A stretch of 64,000 bases of DNA from Macrostomum lignano (taxonomy: Eukaryota). Position 1 is the stretch's first letter, and each line of letters begins with the position of its first letter. Positions 25,297 through 37,244 of this stretch are shown here, in pieces. Position numbers and translations under genes: made by a program. The stretch spans positions 3,426 to 67,425 of the forward strand of contig NIVC01003963.1 of the NCBI GenBank assembly GCA_002269645.1, given 5' to 3'. The notes under the pieces are model-generated. The model had not been told where the DNA came from and ran no database searches. It saw nothing but the letters and a program-made list of their open reading frames with translations.

Positions 25297-26046
25297 ATGA
25301 GCCCAGAATCTCATTCTCAGACTGCCGCGATTCCACACCAGATCATAACTGCAGTAGCCAATAGGCCAAGTGGCAGAGTACTGCTACGCTCCTTCTGCAA
25401 GAGCATCGGCTGGTGCGCATGCGACATCACAGCCTCAAATTCTCCACGAGCAATTATTCCACCATACAGAGTCGACGCCGAGTCAGTAGATGGTATACTA
25501 CGCAATCGAAAACGGCGAGAAATTTTTACGCCACAACCACCGGTACAATCTCACGGTACCGGTTTACATAGCCATAATCTGAGTACTACTTCATACAGCA
25601 CACATCAAGACAGTGGACTATCTTCTAGTGTAAGTCTAATCTCCAATATTGAGACTAGCAGCCAATATGATGAAGCATCGCCAGCAAGCGACATCGCGAT
25701 CGTCGGTACTTTGACGGGTCGGAATCAAAACGGCGAATTTATAAATGTCACAGGAGTATCAGTTAATTCCATAAGAGCTGACGATCAGGAAAATGATGGA
25801 CAATCATACAGCAACAGCCACACCATCATTGCTACTGCTAATTTACAAATGCAGTCGTCTCGAGATCCATTGGAGCGACAAGTGACTCCAAATACAGCTG
25901 AACTGGTGCATCATCAAGTAGGTCCCAATGCACAGAGCAATGGAACTTGGCTGCACATTATACTACTATTTACTATCGTCATCGTCATTATTTTTGTCTT
26001 CTCTCTTTTATGTGAGGGAGACGAGGAGAGGCGAGAGATGAGATGA
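25297..26046 (+). CDS. Hypothetical 249-aa protein with a C-terminal hydrophobic segment
   Basis: Non-repetitive 750-nt ATG ORF preceded by an acceptor-like ctaacag (25268); S/T/Q-rich with TM-like HIILLFTIVIVIIFVFSLL. The last codons lie in GA-rich MITE sequence. No family recognised. Confidence 0.4.
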   Translation: MSPESHSQTAAIPHQIITAVANRPSGRVLLRSFCKSIGWCACDITASNSPRAIIPPYRVDAESVDGILRNRKRREIFTPQPPVQSHGTGLHSHNLSTTSYSTHQDSGLSSSVSLISNIETSSQYDEASPASDIAIVGTLTGRNQNGEFINVTGVSVNSIRADDQENDGQSYSNSHTIIATANLQMQSSRDPLERQVTPNTAELVHHQVGPNAQSNGTWLHIILLFTIVIVIIFVFSLLCEGDEERREMR

Positions 26047-26234
26047 GAGAAGAGATAAAAGATAAGATAGAAGAGAGGAGAGAGTGGGGAGGGAGGAGAA
26101 AGAGAAAGGAGAGAGATGAGAGACAAGAGAAGAGAAAGGAGATGAAAGAGAAGAGAGCTGAGAAGAGTCACAAGCCTTGAGCAGGCCGGATTGATATTGT
26201 GAAGTTACAAAGACTCGACTGCTGCATAGAGAGG

Positions 26235-27955
26235 CAAGGACCACTAGAAGTTACCGTTGTATCAGGACGCAACACTCGTAAATATTGCAAAATTATTTGA
26301 AGGCCCGCTTGTTTACGTGTATTTATCGGTACTTGCCTTCAAAAAAGTATTCTACTTGACTGTTTTAAAGAAGCATGCACTATATTTGAGCCTCAGAAGC
26401 TCCATAAATAGGTGTATTTATACTTTATTTAGGCTTTAATCTGTTAAATCTAGATATTTTAAGTAATTATGTCATTATATGCAACTTTGCAACTCGATCG
26501 TTTTAAAATTTCTGAAGTTTTTATGCCCACAGCAGACATACTATATAAATTGGCGAAAGCGTGAGAAAAGGATCAGATGGGCTTCTAACTAGTTTACTAT
26601 CAACAAAAAGTAATATTTTTAGCTTATAAGCTTAGCCTTTAGCTGTATGACTAAGTTATAGCCCTATCATACTAAAACTTTAACTGCTACTAGCCTAGGC
26701 CTAACATGATAAAATTCTATTCTGTTACTGTTTTGAAATAGGCCTAGTTCACAATTAAATCTATATAGTTGATTACTTACAGTGGTTACAGGACAACATT
26801 CTAATACTTATATAGTTTAGATTGGTATAGCATAATGTAATATAGTGGATAGAATCCTTGTTAGTTTTTTGCAAGAAAGTTTTATATAGAAGTTTATAAA
26901 TTCCATATTATACAATTTCAATTAGTAATTAATTAATAAAAGTAATTAATTAATTAAATAATTAATTGAGTAATTAATTAGTAATTAATCAATCAGTAGT
27001 CCTTAAATGGCCATTAATTTTTGTTATATTATTAATTATACTGGATTAATTATATTATTTTACTAAGCTGAAGTTTTATGTTTAAAACTGAAGTCTAGGG
27101 TAAAAGAATAATGTTTTCACTATATATTAACATGACAAATAGAAAAAAAACATTTTAGCCTAGGCTAAACTTGAAGACAAATATAGCTATACATAGTAAG
27201 TATTATAGACAATATGTTTTTTGTTTATTTAGCAATATGGCTTGTAGTTTTTATAGCTTTTGTTGTTAATACAATAATATTTTGAAGCCTAAGATATTTA
27301 TTTCCTTACTTATTAAGACAGTTTTGTATAGTAGGATATATACTATTGTTAGACTTATCTTAAAGGTATTGCCCTAACTATAGGCCTAGCTTTGGCGGGA
27401 GGGAGGGAGGAGGAGAGAGGAGGGAAAGAGAAAAATAGGGGAAAGAGAAGCAAGGGGAGAGGGAAGAGATGAGAAGGAGAAAGAAGAGAGATGAGATAAG
27501 AGAGAAAGGAAAAAGTAGAGAAGAGAGTACAGATTAGAGAGCAGAGTAGAGAGAAAAGAGAAGAGAAAAAAGGAGAAAGGAGAGATGGAGAAATTAAAGG
27601 GAAGAGAAAAGAGGAGAAAGGAGAGATGGAGAAAGTAAAGGGAAGAGAAAAGAGATAAGATTGTAGAAATGAGAGAGATGAAAGAAGAGATGAGATAAAG
27701 GAGAGTGGAGAGAAAAGAGAGGGAGAGTAGAGAAGAAGGTAGAGAAGAGAAGAGAAAGGAAAGAGAGGAGTCAAAAGAGGGGAAAGAAAAGAGTACAGAG
27801 GAGAGATAGATATGAGAGAAGAAATGAGACAGGAAAGAGTAGATAGGAGAGAGAATCGAGAAGAGAGGAGAGAGGATCGAGAAGAGGGAGGAGTAGAAAG
27901 ATGATAGGAGAGATGAGAAATGAGAACAGAGACAGGAGAGGGGAGAAGAGGAAAT

Positions 27956-28038
<83 letters not shown>

Positions 28039-28980
28039 CTACCTAACCTAATCTAGTTTTTTATCAGTGCAATAGAGAGAGAATTAACTAGAAACAAATA
28101 TTTTGTCGTTCATTGCAAAGCAGATATTTATTGATCTCACATTGGTTTCATTCCAGGTGTGCCAATTCATCCAATCTAGATGTTCATCCATCAATGTCTG
28201 ATGAGCTACCATGGTGAAGTACGGTACTTATGATTCATTATGCTTTGTGATTTCAAGAGATTTTTTGGACAGAATGACTCGATTGATATGGAAGTTCAAG
28301 TTTAAAATACATACATAGGCTTACTGTTAGTTTTTTGCTTAGTTTTCTTATTTCGCATGCATTTTTATGAAATTAGAAGTTTTTATATCGAAAGTGAACT
28401 TTAATACAAATAAAGTTGGTGATACTGTACAAGTTTTATTTGACTCCTACTGTTCATTTGAACAGCAAAAGAAAGATTATGAATGTTGGAGTCCTTGTTG
28501 GGCTGGTGTGCCAAGAATTCAAAAATACTACGCCTTTCTTGATTTTGATAATACTGGTTTTTGATAGTGAAGTGTATAACGCCTTTGCAGCCTGCTCAAC
28601 TCTGTACAGATTATCTGCTTTATAAAGCTTCAAAACTGCAGGATATAAAGCATGGTCTGCTACTTTATCGAGACTAGGAGGCTATGGTTGAAAAAACAAA
28701 CTTTATATTCATTTTGACTGCAATGAAATATTGCGTATTGCCGTTACTTTACTGTACGCCCGCCGCTCCTACATGTAGATATAGCGCCAAACTTTGCATC
28801 ATGTGAAAGAGAACAAAATTTTGAGCAACCTGGCGAAAAAATTATCATTCTAGGTGCAACCAGTCCGGAGTTATGAGCATTTAAAGTTTAGCTGCAATGC
28901 AAACAAGCGGGCCTTCAAATAATTTTGCAATATTTACAAGTGTTGCGTCCTGATACAACGGTAACTTCTAGTGGTCCTTG
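26235..28980. mobile_element. Non-autonomous hAT-type DNA transposon, 2746 bp
   Basis: 80-bp TIRs (26235-26314 and 28901-28980, one mismatch, beginning CAAGG) and a perfect 8-bp TSD TAGAGAGG (26227-26234 and 28981-28988). No transposase ORF. Confidence 0.9.
27960..28036. repeat. (AG)n microsatellite ending a GA-rich tract (27395-28036)
   Basis: Direct reading. Confidence 0.95.
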
Positions 28981-29689
28981 TAGAGAGGCTTTGCAGGCCG
29001 TATGTTGCCGACCTCTATAAATTTAAGCTGATTTTTATATTGTGTTTTACGCAAGCTACGACTATAATGCTATAGGGACTGGGATTGCACAAGCAAGGTC
29101 ACAAGCAGGCTGTTAATTATTATAAAGGACTGAACGCCGAGTCAGCTCACAGCCAGACAGTTTGAAATCCGTCACTGACGACGACTCGAGCGAACGACGA
29201 CGTCCTCAGTGAGACAGGCCTCAACGGTTGAAGCGGATCAGCTGCCTGACTGCGCTGAAGAGCGGTGGTGCAGCCGTGCTACTGGCTCACAATGGCAACT
29301 GCGGCTTGACAAGCTGGTGGCAGCGGCTGAAAGCCGGGAGACTGCTGTTCATTCGCCGGATTTCCTGGCCGGGCAGTGGTGCTGCTCGAGGTTGGCAGCA
29401 ACCATATCAGCCGTTGCCATGTGATTTTTTACTTTGTTTTTTTGTTTTTTCACCCTAGCTGCAGTTAGTAACATCTTTCGGTATTTAAAACTCTTCATAT
29501 TTTAGCTTTAGGTTGGACTTTTAAGGTAAAATTTGTCAAATTAGCTAGCACTGAGCTAGCACTCTTAAGCTAGCACTTATTTGTCAAACAAGACGCGACG
29601 ACTATACCTTTGCTATTTGCTTGCTTGCATATTTTTCATTAAATCCGTGCTTCAAGGATATGATTTATTTAACTCTTCTCCATGCTTGA

Positions 29690-30050
29690 AGAAAAGCTGC
29701 ATGGAAGCATACCTTGGCGAGTGGACAGGAATTAAACAGGGGCCTGCTAGCCTGGGTCATACCCAAAATCAGCAAGTGCTCAAGACTTTCAAGGCCTTGA
29801 AAGTGAGTAGGAAATTAAGAGAACAAATAGTTACACGGGAGCAGGGGAGACAAAGTTATCTTTCATAGGCTACACGGGCGCTCACTTGAGCTAGCGGTCT
29901 ACAGAAAGCAAATAGGGAGGCAGGACGAGGAGGCAGAGTGCCGGCGCAAGACGAGGAAACGTCGGGCCACCTGTAGTGACCTCCCACGGTCGTGTGCCGG
30001 TGCAGAGTCTCACGCAGCTGGGCGACCTCTGCAGCTACCAATACCGCCAC
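29690..30050 (+). mobile_element. Possible decayed C-terminal fragment of a LINE ORF2 (zinc-knuckle region)
   Basis: Frameshifted translation LHRLHGRSLELAVYRKQIGRQDEEAECRR/DEETSGHL resembles LINE CCHC regions. Confidence 0.3.
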
Positions 30051-30311
30051 TACGTACCCGGCTATGTAGGGTGCGTGAGCAACAGAAACGTAAATTGAGC
30101 TGCAGAAATGGATTAAAAGAATTGATCTGTGATTATTTCATGAGAAGGTTACACAGAGAAGTAGTGAGTAAGTTGCAGAACGGACTTTTAGACAGAAATT
30201 CGGGTGCTTAAAATGTGAGAAGCATTGTAAATTTATATTTAGACTAGGCCTAAAAAGTGAACATTTAACCATTTTAAAGTGTAGCGTCTTATAGTTCTCA
30301 TGCGGATCGAC

Positions 30312-32406
30312 TCAAACTGCCGTTAGCAGCGTGCGCTGCTTTCGATTGACTGACATCACATTAACGGCAGCTGGAAACTTGCCAACAATCGTTGGATTGT
30401 TAGAAATATTCTCAGCCCTGGCATCTCCATCTGCAGTCGCTCTTTGACACCTCCTGAGACATTTCGTCCACCTCAGACGGCCGGGATTCAACAGTCGAGC
30501 CGCGTCGTGACGATAATTGGGCACGCAAAGCAGTAGCAGCAGACAGTTGGTCAGCGGCTGCACGGCCGAGCACAACCGACCAATGAACAGGCGCCACTCG
30601 TCGTTCGTTGGGCGGTAGAACTAAAAGCATTATTGCAAGGCGAATTCAAAAAGATGCGAAAATCTATGCGAGACAAATATAATTGTCGAATTTGATAAAG
30701 AAAAAAGTACTAGCCATTGGAGTGTAAAACTTGAGCGAAATTTCAGCTATCCGGATCTCTCTAATTCATTTCCTGCGAGTTCTGTGACTTCTGTGGATGT
30801 TAGAACCTTTCAGAAACGTGTCACTTATCACAATACTTAAAGTTGAAGTTACATGTACATCCTGCTACTGCCATCGCTCCTTGCTTTTGTTAGTCTTCTA
30901 ATAGATCCATGTATTAAAAAACTCGCGTCAGTGACAAGTAACTTGAACTCTTTGTCAAGCGTCTTTCTCACCTGCCCCAGATCCCTGGCACCAGATGCCT
31001 GCGCAGCCAGGCTGGCAGACAGAAACCTAACGTACATGATGCAGCTGTGCACAGCGCTCGGCGACTGCAGAGCCGCGTAGGTCAGCGAGCAAGCCAACAG
31101 GGACTGGCTGACGCTGCGAAACAGGCGCCTGTCAATGATGTGATAGTCCAGGCTTTTGCTGCAGGTGTACTGTAAACAACCATCCGAATTCGTATCGACA
31201 TTACGTCGGCGTCGACCGAAACGGGAACAACGCCACAAGTGTCGATAACCGGAGCTCGCTGCCCACAAAACGACAAACAGCGGCGCAAGGTCACCAATAA
31301 GTAGGTCGGTGAGTGGCCACAGCCAGGTGGTGAAGAGCTCCGTCACTGGCCAGGTGGCACCCCAGCCACAGTGATAAACTCTATCGAATTCACCACTAGA
31401 GCTTTCTTTAACTAGCGCCAGCGTCCACAGGTGATGACCATTGATTAACACGAGAATTACGCACATAAGTATGAGACTGTTCTTCACCCACTCAGCGCTG
31501 TATCGCTCAACACAACGCAGTGGTCGCACAACTAACCGTCTAGCATCAACGGCCATGGCGATTTGTAGCATCGCCTTGAAATGGTACAGAATTGAGTAAA
31601 GCATGTTCATCAATTGGCAAGCCGACTCGTCCATCATCATCAGAGACAAGGTCAGCCTCATGTCGAAGACCGACTGCAGCCATAAGTCTAACTGGCGGTA
31701 GTATAAAATGATCGTGTCAACAGCGCTAAGAACAACCAGGTAGAAGCAAACCGGCAGCTGTCTATCGCAGTAGCCAATGGCCACCCGGGCATTCAGCAGG
31801 TTCAACAATGTGCCAACCAGCACAAGTATGAGGGGTAAAGCGCAATTCGCCTGCAAGATGCTTTCGTCGATGAAGTCACCAGCGCAGATGTCAGCAGCCT
31901 GCAGTTGCTGTTCGGCAACTACTGCCCAAGTCGGCGGTTGTGTAGTGGTGGCATTGCCTACCCCTCGGAGTTGACCGCCAGCTGAAATGGGATTAAATAT
32001 GAAGATTGTTCGTTTGCAGAAATGATCGGGCACTGTAGCAAATCTATAGGCGACAGTCAATCTACACAGACAGTGATGATCGGCAAGCAGTCACGCAAGA
32101 GACACACGTGTGCGACCTGAGAATCATTGGTTAATGGACCTAACCAAAGTTATAGCTTGTATACAAAAGATTGTGCAGAAATGGAATTGTTATAAAAGGA
32201 AGTCAAATAAGTACAGTAATTTGATACCTGTGTGTACTCGTAGATAAGAAAAATTCGGGGCATTTTCGAAAGAAACCTACGGTAGCCTTGTGTAACAATG
32301 CCCTTATTTGTACAAACAAAACTATGAGGGCATTACCTGGGTAGTGACGTCTTCTGCTTGCCCTCCTTTCTAATCTTTCATCTGTCATCCTCGCGCTCTC
32401 CATCAT
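30312..32406 (-). CDS. Divergent class A (rhodopsin-family) peptide-receptor-like GPCR, ~462 aa
   Basis: Exons 32406-32337, 31981-30972 and 30620-30312 have consistent phases. TM1 LILVLVGTLLNLL, TM2 FYLVVLSAVD, TM3 ending MAVDARRLVVRPL, TM5 DLLIGDLAPL, TM6 LTYAALQSP; the last exon supplies TM7 (QPLTNCLLLLLCVPNYR). The 5' end is uncertain. Confidence 0.8.
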
Positions 32407-33869
32407 ATTTTTGGCTAAACCAACTGCACTGCAGGCCTTTGCCGACTGTTTACTGACAGACCCGCGGCTGGATTCATATACTATGAATATTAGTAACCTT
32501 TTGCCATTTCAGTCGATGACTGCATGCGCTGTGGCACACATTATGTGAGTGTACGGTAATATTCTCGTGGACAACTGCAGTAGAAGGATCCTATAATCTC
32601 ACAATTTGTGCAAATTTCCTGGATTACGAGCTCATTCATCTATGGTGTAAACTCTGGGGCTGATCTTGCTCCTCTGCAGCAGTTGCAAATGAGGCTATGC
32701 GCCGGCCTTGCTACCATAGACAAAAGCTCCGTCACACTGGCAAATGTATCTTGGATTAAATTCAATGCGCGTAGGCCCAAATGGCTGCAAAATGCTATGG
32801 CTACTAGAGTATCTAGATAAGTAGTCTTAGAAAAATATATGAAAATATGAAAGTATAAATATATTATTGAAAACCCTGTTTAATTTGATTAACTGGCCTA
32901 AACTTCCCGTCGGTTTAAAAACCAGATTTCATTGTTATGCTATCAACATCGGGCAATGAGTTTGTGGCCGATGAATACTTTGCCGCGTTCATCAAGTTTT
33001 TAGAGAATGGTCCGATGGAATAAGAAGACTTAGAGAAGATGAAGAATTGCCATTCTCCACCGAAGAGCCAGCGATGTTAGCATAATCTCTTCCTATCTCT
33101 TCTCTTCCTAGCAAGACTCGTGTCGGCCCATGGCTCGAGTTTTGTGAACGCTTACATTTCCGGCGCTAATCGACCTTTTCGTACTTCAAAGTTTCGTAAA
33201 ACTGCCGATGCGACTCAGGGACTGGGAGAAGGGGCCGAGAGCATTCGGCTAGCTTGGAGTCAAATAATTAGCTGGAAAAAGTGATAGCTGGCTCCAATCA
33301 TTTTTACCCATACTTCACACCTAAACAGACATGATTGCTTATTTTGGAATGCGCGAAATTCTAGGTGGTCTCCAGTGAGATTAACACGATTTGCAACTGT
33401 ATCAGATAGAGTCCTTCTATCCTCGGTTGTCCATGAGTATAGTTCAGAATATGCAGCTTAATAGTCTCTTGTCGAAATTCAGAACCAGAACAGAACTTTA
33501 GAAAATTTTCCTTTCTCTTTTATAAAAGATAAAAAAACGACTTATGAATTATGAGACTCAGCCCAAACAAACAAAACAAAATACTCGTACAAGTATGCAG
33601 TTTTAAAATTGTATTAGCAAAGTAGAAAATAAAATAATTGTCTTTAAATAGAAACATACATTACCTCAAGACAACTTTACGGGTACATGTAATAACGACA
33701 TTTTACGACTTCGGTGAAAATCTATCCAGTGGGTTTTCATACAGCTAATTTGAATTTGCCAACGAAATGCATGTTTATAGCTGCAGCTTGAAGGCGAGCA
33801 GTCCCAAGCAATTTGGTTTTAAAGTTTATTGTCTCTCTTGCACTTTTTTGGCTAATTAATTCACGAAAT

Positions 33870-35075
33870 TATTTCTCTGCTGCGGCAGCCAAGAGCTTGT
33901 TGCGGGTCGACCTGCACCTACAAGTACATGCTCGCTGCATCCGGCTGTTCTGCACGTACTCATTCACAGCTGCTCATCCAGAGGAGGCACGAGTGTTCTT
34001 GACCTCCTAGCTGGGCAGCTGGAGGAAGTGCCAAACCGGGACACACTGGTGGTGCTTGGAGACCTAGTTCTTTTGTCACCGGACGCGAGAACGCCAACAC
34101 GGTCACGCTGAAGTTACCTGCTAAACTGGCTAGATCTAGTGTCCACTAACACCCAGTTCCACAAGCCTTCCTCCTGCCTGGTCACTTAATTTGCGCTCTG
34201 CAAGAGGAGGCGGCAGGATGCACGTGGGCGGAACGCGGAGGGAACGCCACTCGATCGCTTACTGCGTTACTAACTGCGACACAGGGGGGGGGGCGTAGCC
34301 CAGCGGTCTAGCGCAGGCTCTGGTGTGCCAGCGACCCAGGCTCGATTCCAAGTGCAGTCACATTAATTTGGGGCTGAATTGGAATCTCGGCTTGGCTCTG
34401 CTCGTGCAATTAACGGCCTTGAGAGCCAACCCCCCAAGGTGCAGTGAAGTGTACATGCCTAACGATAAAATAAAGTTAGGGCCGCTGTACACTCCTGTGT
34501 GAGTGTGTGCCTGCGTACGTATCCGCGCGCTTGTATGCCTGCTCAGGGGAGTCGGCGGAATGGGCAGAAATGCCTCTCGCCGGTTGTGTGCCTATGTGGC
34601 TTAAAGTGCGCCAGGGTGCACACAACCCCCCTGTCTCTAATAAAAAAACTGCGACACCATGGCATCGCGCTTGGCGATCAGCGCGAGGCGTTGGGATACA
34701 CAGACATCAGCGCTGCCGTGAGAGCGGTTTATGAACAGACGGTCCCACTGATGCGATCTGCACAACGACCCTGCCTATCTGGTAGAGCGACCCCACCCTC
34801 GGGCGGACGCGTCTACCTTTGTGAATTGTGCGACTTCCTCTCGTCAGCATCGTGAACGCGCTAGAGCCGCCTATGCTCATCAACTTCTCGCTCCCGCCAG
34901 ACACGCCGCTACAAGCCAAGGAGGACTTCTGCAGCAACTTAGTTACCAAGAAGTTCCCAAGACTTCCCAAGTAGTAGCAAGCGTGTTGAACTGCGTGCTT
35001 ACTGGCACTCCCGCATCCACTGAGTGGAACACAGGGCACATTGTGACTATCCCGAAGAAGTCCGGGACAAAGCGG
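33870..35075 (+). mobile_element. Decayed RTE-like LINE remnant (endonuclease to RT-proximal region), interrupted by a SINE
   Basis: Fragments RLFCTYSFTAAHPEE...GQLEEVPNRDTLVVLGD (APE-like) and EWNTGHIVTIPKK (pre-RT motif), with stops and frameshifts. Confidence 0.6.
34283..34646 (+). mobile_element. tRNA-derived SINE, copy 1
   Basis: A box tagcccagcgg (34296-34306), B box ggctcgattcc (34339-34349), 3' aataaaaaaa, and 11-bp TSD aactgcgacac (34272-34282 and 34647-34657). Confidence 0.9.
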
Positions 35076-35272
35076 AAAGACAAGGAAATCTCACCCATGA
35101 GGGCCAACCCCAAGGCACAAGAAGTGTACATGACAGGATCAGGATCAGGATCAGGATCAGTTGTGATCGAAAAACAATGTGGTTGAAGGCGTTGCGCCAG
35201 GTTGCTTATACAGCCCTCCTGTGCATATTTATTATTTGGACGATTTTTACAGACATTTCCGTCCCAGTAGTG

Positions 35273-35484
35273 CAGGGGTCGACAAACTGCGGCCCTCGGG
35301 TCATTAGAAACTTCACAATATTAATCCGGCCAGCTCAAGGATTGTGTCTCTTCTCAGCTTCCTTCTCTATAATCTCCTCTCCCTTCTCTTTCTCTTTCTC
35401 TCTTCTTTCTCCCTTTCTCCGGCCCGCAGTCATGCGCTGGGTTCTCTATCTGGCCATTGAGGTAAAAAAAGTTAGCCGACCCTT
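35273..35484. mobile_element. CAGGGGT-ended MITE with CT-rich interior (family of 53457-54305)
   Basis: Starts caggggtcgacaaac and contains aaacttcacaatattaatccggcc, the reverse complement of the motif at ~54225-54250 and ~26185-26200. Confidence 0.6.
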
Positions 35485-35617
35485 TCCAGACTACGGTTGA
35501 AAGTTAAAAGCTCCGATCTACAACCCCAGTGTCACATTCCTTGTATTTAGCGCGGTCAGTGCGATGTACTCTTACTATTCCCTTACTAATTCCCTTACTA
35601 ATGCCAAATTGACTCAC

Positions 35618-35858
35618 CGACTGCCAGCTCTTCGTCCTCCAACTGCAGTCCCCGAGTCCACATTACGCAATAGTAGTCAGTAAGCCTCTCCGGGCAGAAC
35701 ATGCCGTCACTCTTGTAAAAACATCCGGAATTGATAGCGGCAAACTTGCTAGTGCTGTTGCGCAATCGCCTGTCCAGCTCGTCTGGTGACTCCGGCGCGT
35801 GTCCGGACTTGCTGGCCCGGAACCGGATGCGACCTCCGCCGCCGCCTCCGCGACCCAT
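35618..35858 (-). CDS. Candidate coding exon, possibly the 5' exon of the GPCR
   Basis: GC-rich ORF MGRGGGGG...CFYKSDGMFCPERLTDYYCVMW...LAV ends at a strong phase-1 donor GTCG|GTGAGT. Phase 1 is compatible with acceptors at 32423 or 31981. Confidence 0.4.
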
Positions 35859-36308
35859 CCTGATACTTGACTCTGGATGGACAATTCACTCTAAAACTAA
35901 AAACAATCCTTGAACAAAGTCTCTATCCAATGCAATAAACCAGCTGGGTTAAGCTACAGCATATATGTGTATATATAGACTTGCACGCACCGTGTGCGGG
36001 CTTTAGCTATATCCAGTTTATCGTCCCAACTCTTCCCTCCACCCCGTTTCCCATTCGATCAGCATCCCCTCTCCTTCCTCCTCTGTCTCTCAGCCCCTGT
36101 AGAGGCAGCGAATACCGAGGCTCTTCCCTGTTGGAAACGAAGGGTTTGCTATAGCAATATTTTATTCACCCAGAACCCCCGGAAAATGTGTGCGCTGCAG
36201 CTGGACAAAAAACACTATGATTTAAAAAATCCAACTGCATGAAGTTACAGAAAGCTGGGAAAAAATGTTGTTTTCATTGCAAAAGTTTTCGCTCCACATC
36301 TGCTTGTC

Positions 36309-36670
36309 TTTTATTAGAGGCAGGGGGGGGGCTGTGTGCACCCTGGCGCACTTTAAGCGACATAGGCACACAACCGGCGAGAGGCATTACTTCCCATTCC
36401 GCCGACTCCCCTGAGCAGGCATACAAGCGCGCGGATACGTACGCAGGCACACACTCACACAGGAGTGTACAGCGGCCCTAACTTTATATTATCGTTAGGC
36501 ATGTACACTTCACTGCGCCTTGGGGGTTGGCTCTCAAGGCCGTTAATTGCACGAGCAGAGCCAAGCCGAGATTCCAATTCAGCCCCAAATTAATGTGACT
36601 GCACTTGGAATCGAGCCTGGGTCGCTGGCACACCAGAGCCTGCGCTAGACCGCTGGGCTACGGCCCCCCT
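36309..36670 (-). mobile_element. tRNA-derived SINE, copy 2 (inverted relative to copy 1)
   Basis: Near-identical reverse complement of 34283-34646, with 12-bp TSD catctgcttgtc (36297-36308 and 36671-36682). Confidence 0.9.
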
Positions 36671-37244
36671 CATCTGCTTGTCTGTAAATTTAGAAAAGTA
36701 CACATGAATCGCTTCTTACTGAATTGCGGAACACAATCAATGTCTCTTTCCTGATGTTGCTTTGAATGCGCTCATTTCTGCCGTCTTAACGAAAGAACTG
36801 TACGTCCTTTACTGACATTTACAAGTGGTTTCTACTCGAAACAGAAATCGTCTGGATTACAATTTTTTCTTTATTTGCTCAGTGCATTTCTGTCAATCAG
36901 ATGTTGACCGAATCATTATCGATATAGCTAATATACGCTCGCAGATATCTCTCTTTTAATGGTTAAGTTAGCTGATTACAAGAAGTACGTTCATTATGTC
37001 GATTTTTAAAAGGCCACTAGAGTTTATCTATGTTTGAAGGAATATCGCTTGAATATACAGTAGGGTTCCTGTGACCCATTTTAACTAATTTATAATAGCG
37101 ATTTTCGGTGTTGGTTGCACCAAAAAAGGTCACATTATATATGACGTATTTACATGATATTTACATGCACGTTATGACACACATGCCACCCAATCAAAAC
37201 TTTTAAAAGCCCAAACAACTGCTGAAGTAGAAGGATGTAGGCTA

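Noticed and set aside
27355-27774. L/S/F-rich membrane-like ORFs (also 53799-54215, 25914-26244)
   Set aside because: Translations of CT-rich low-complexity tracts.
30849-32060. The 403-aa ORF as the complete GPCR
   Set aside because: Both ends are intron read-through; TM7 is on the separate exon 30620-30312.
34283-34360. tRNA gene
   Set aside because: A and B boxes are present but the anticodon arm is degenerate, and it continues into a 290-bp body with an A-tail and TSDs, so it is a SINE head.
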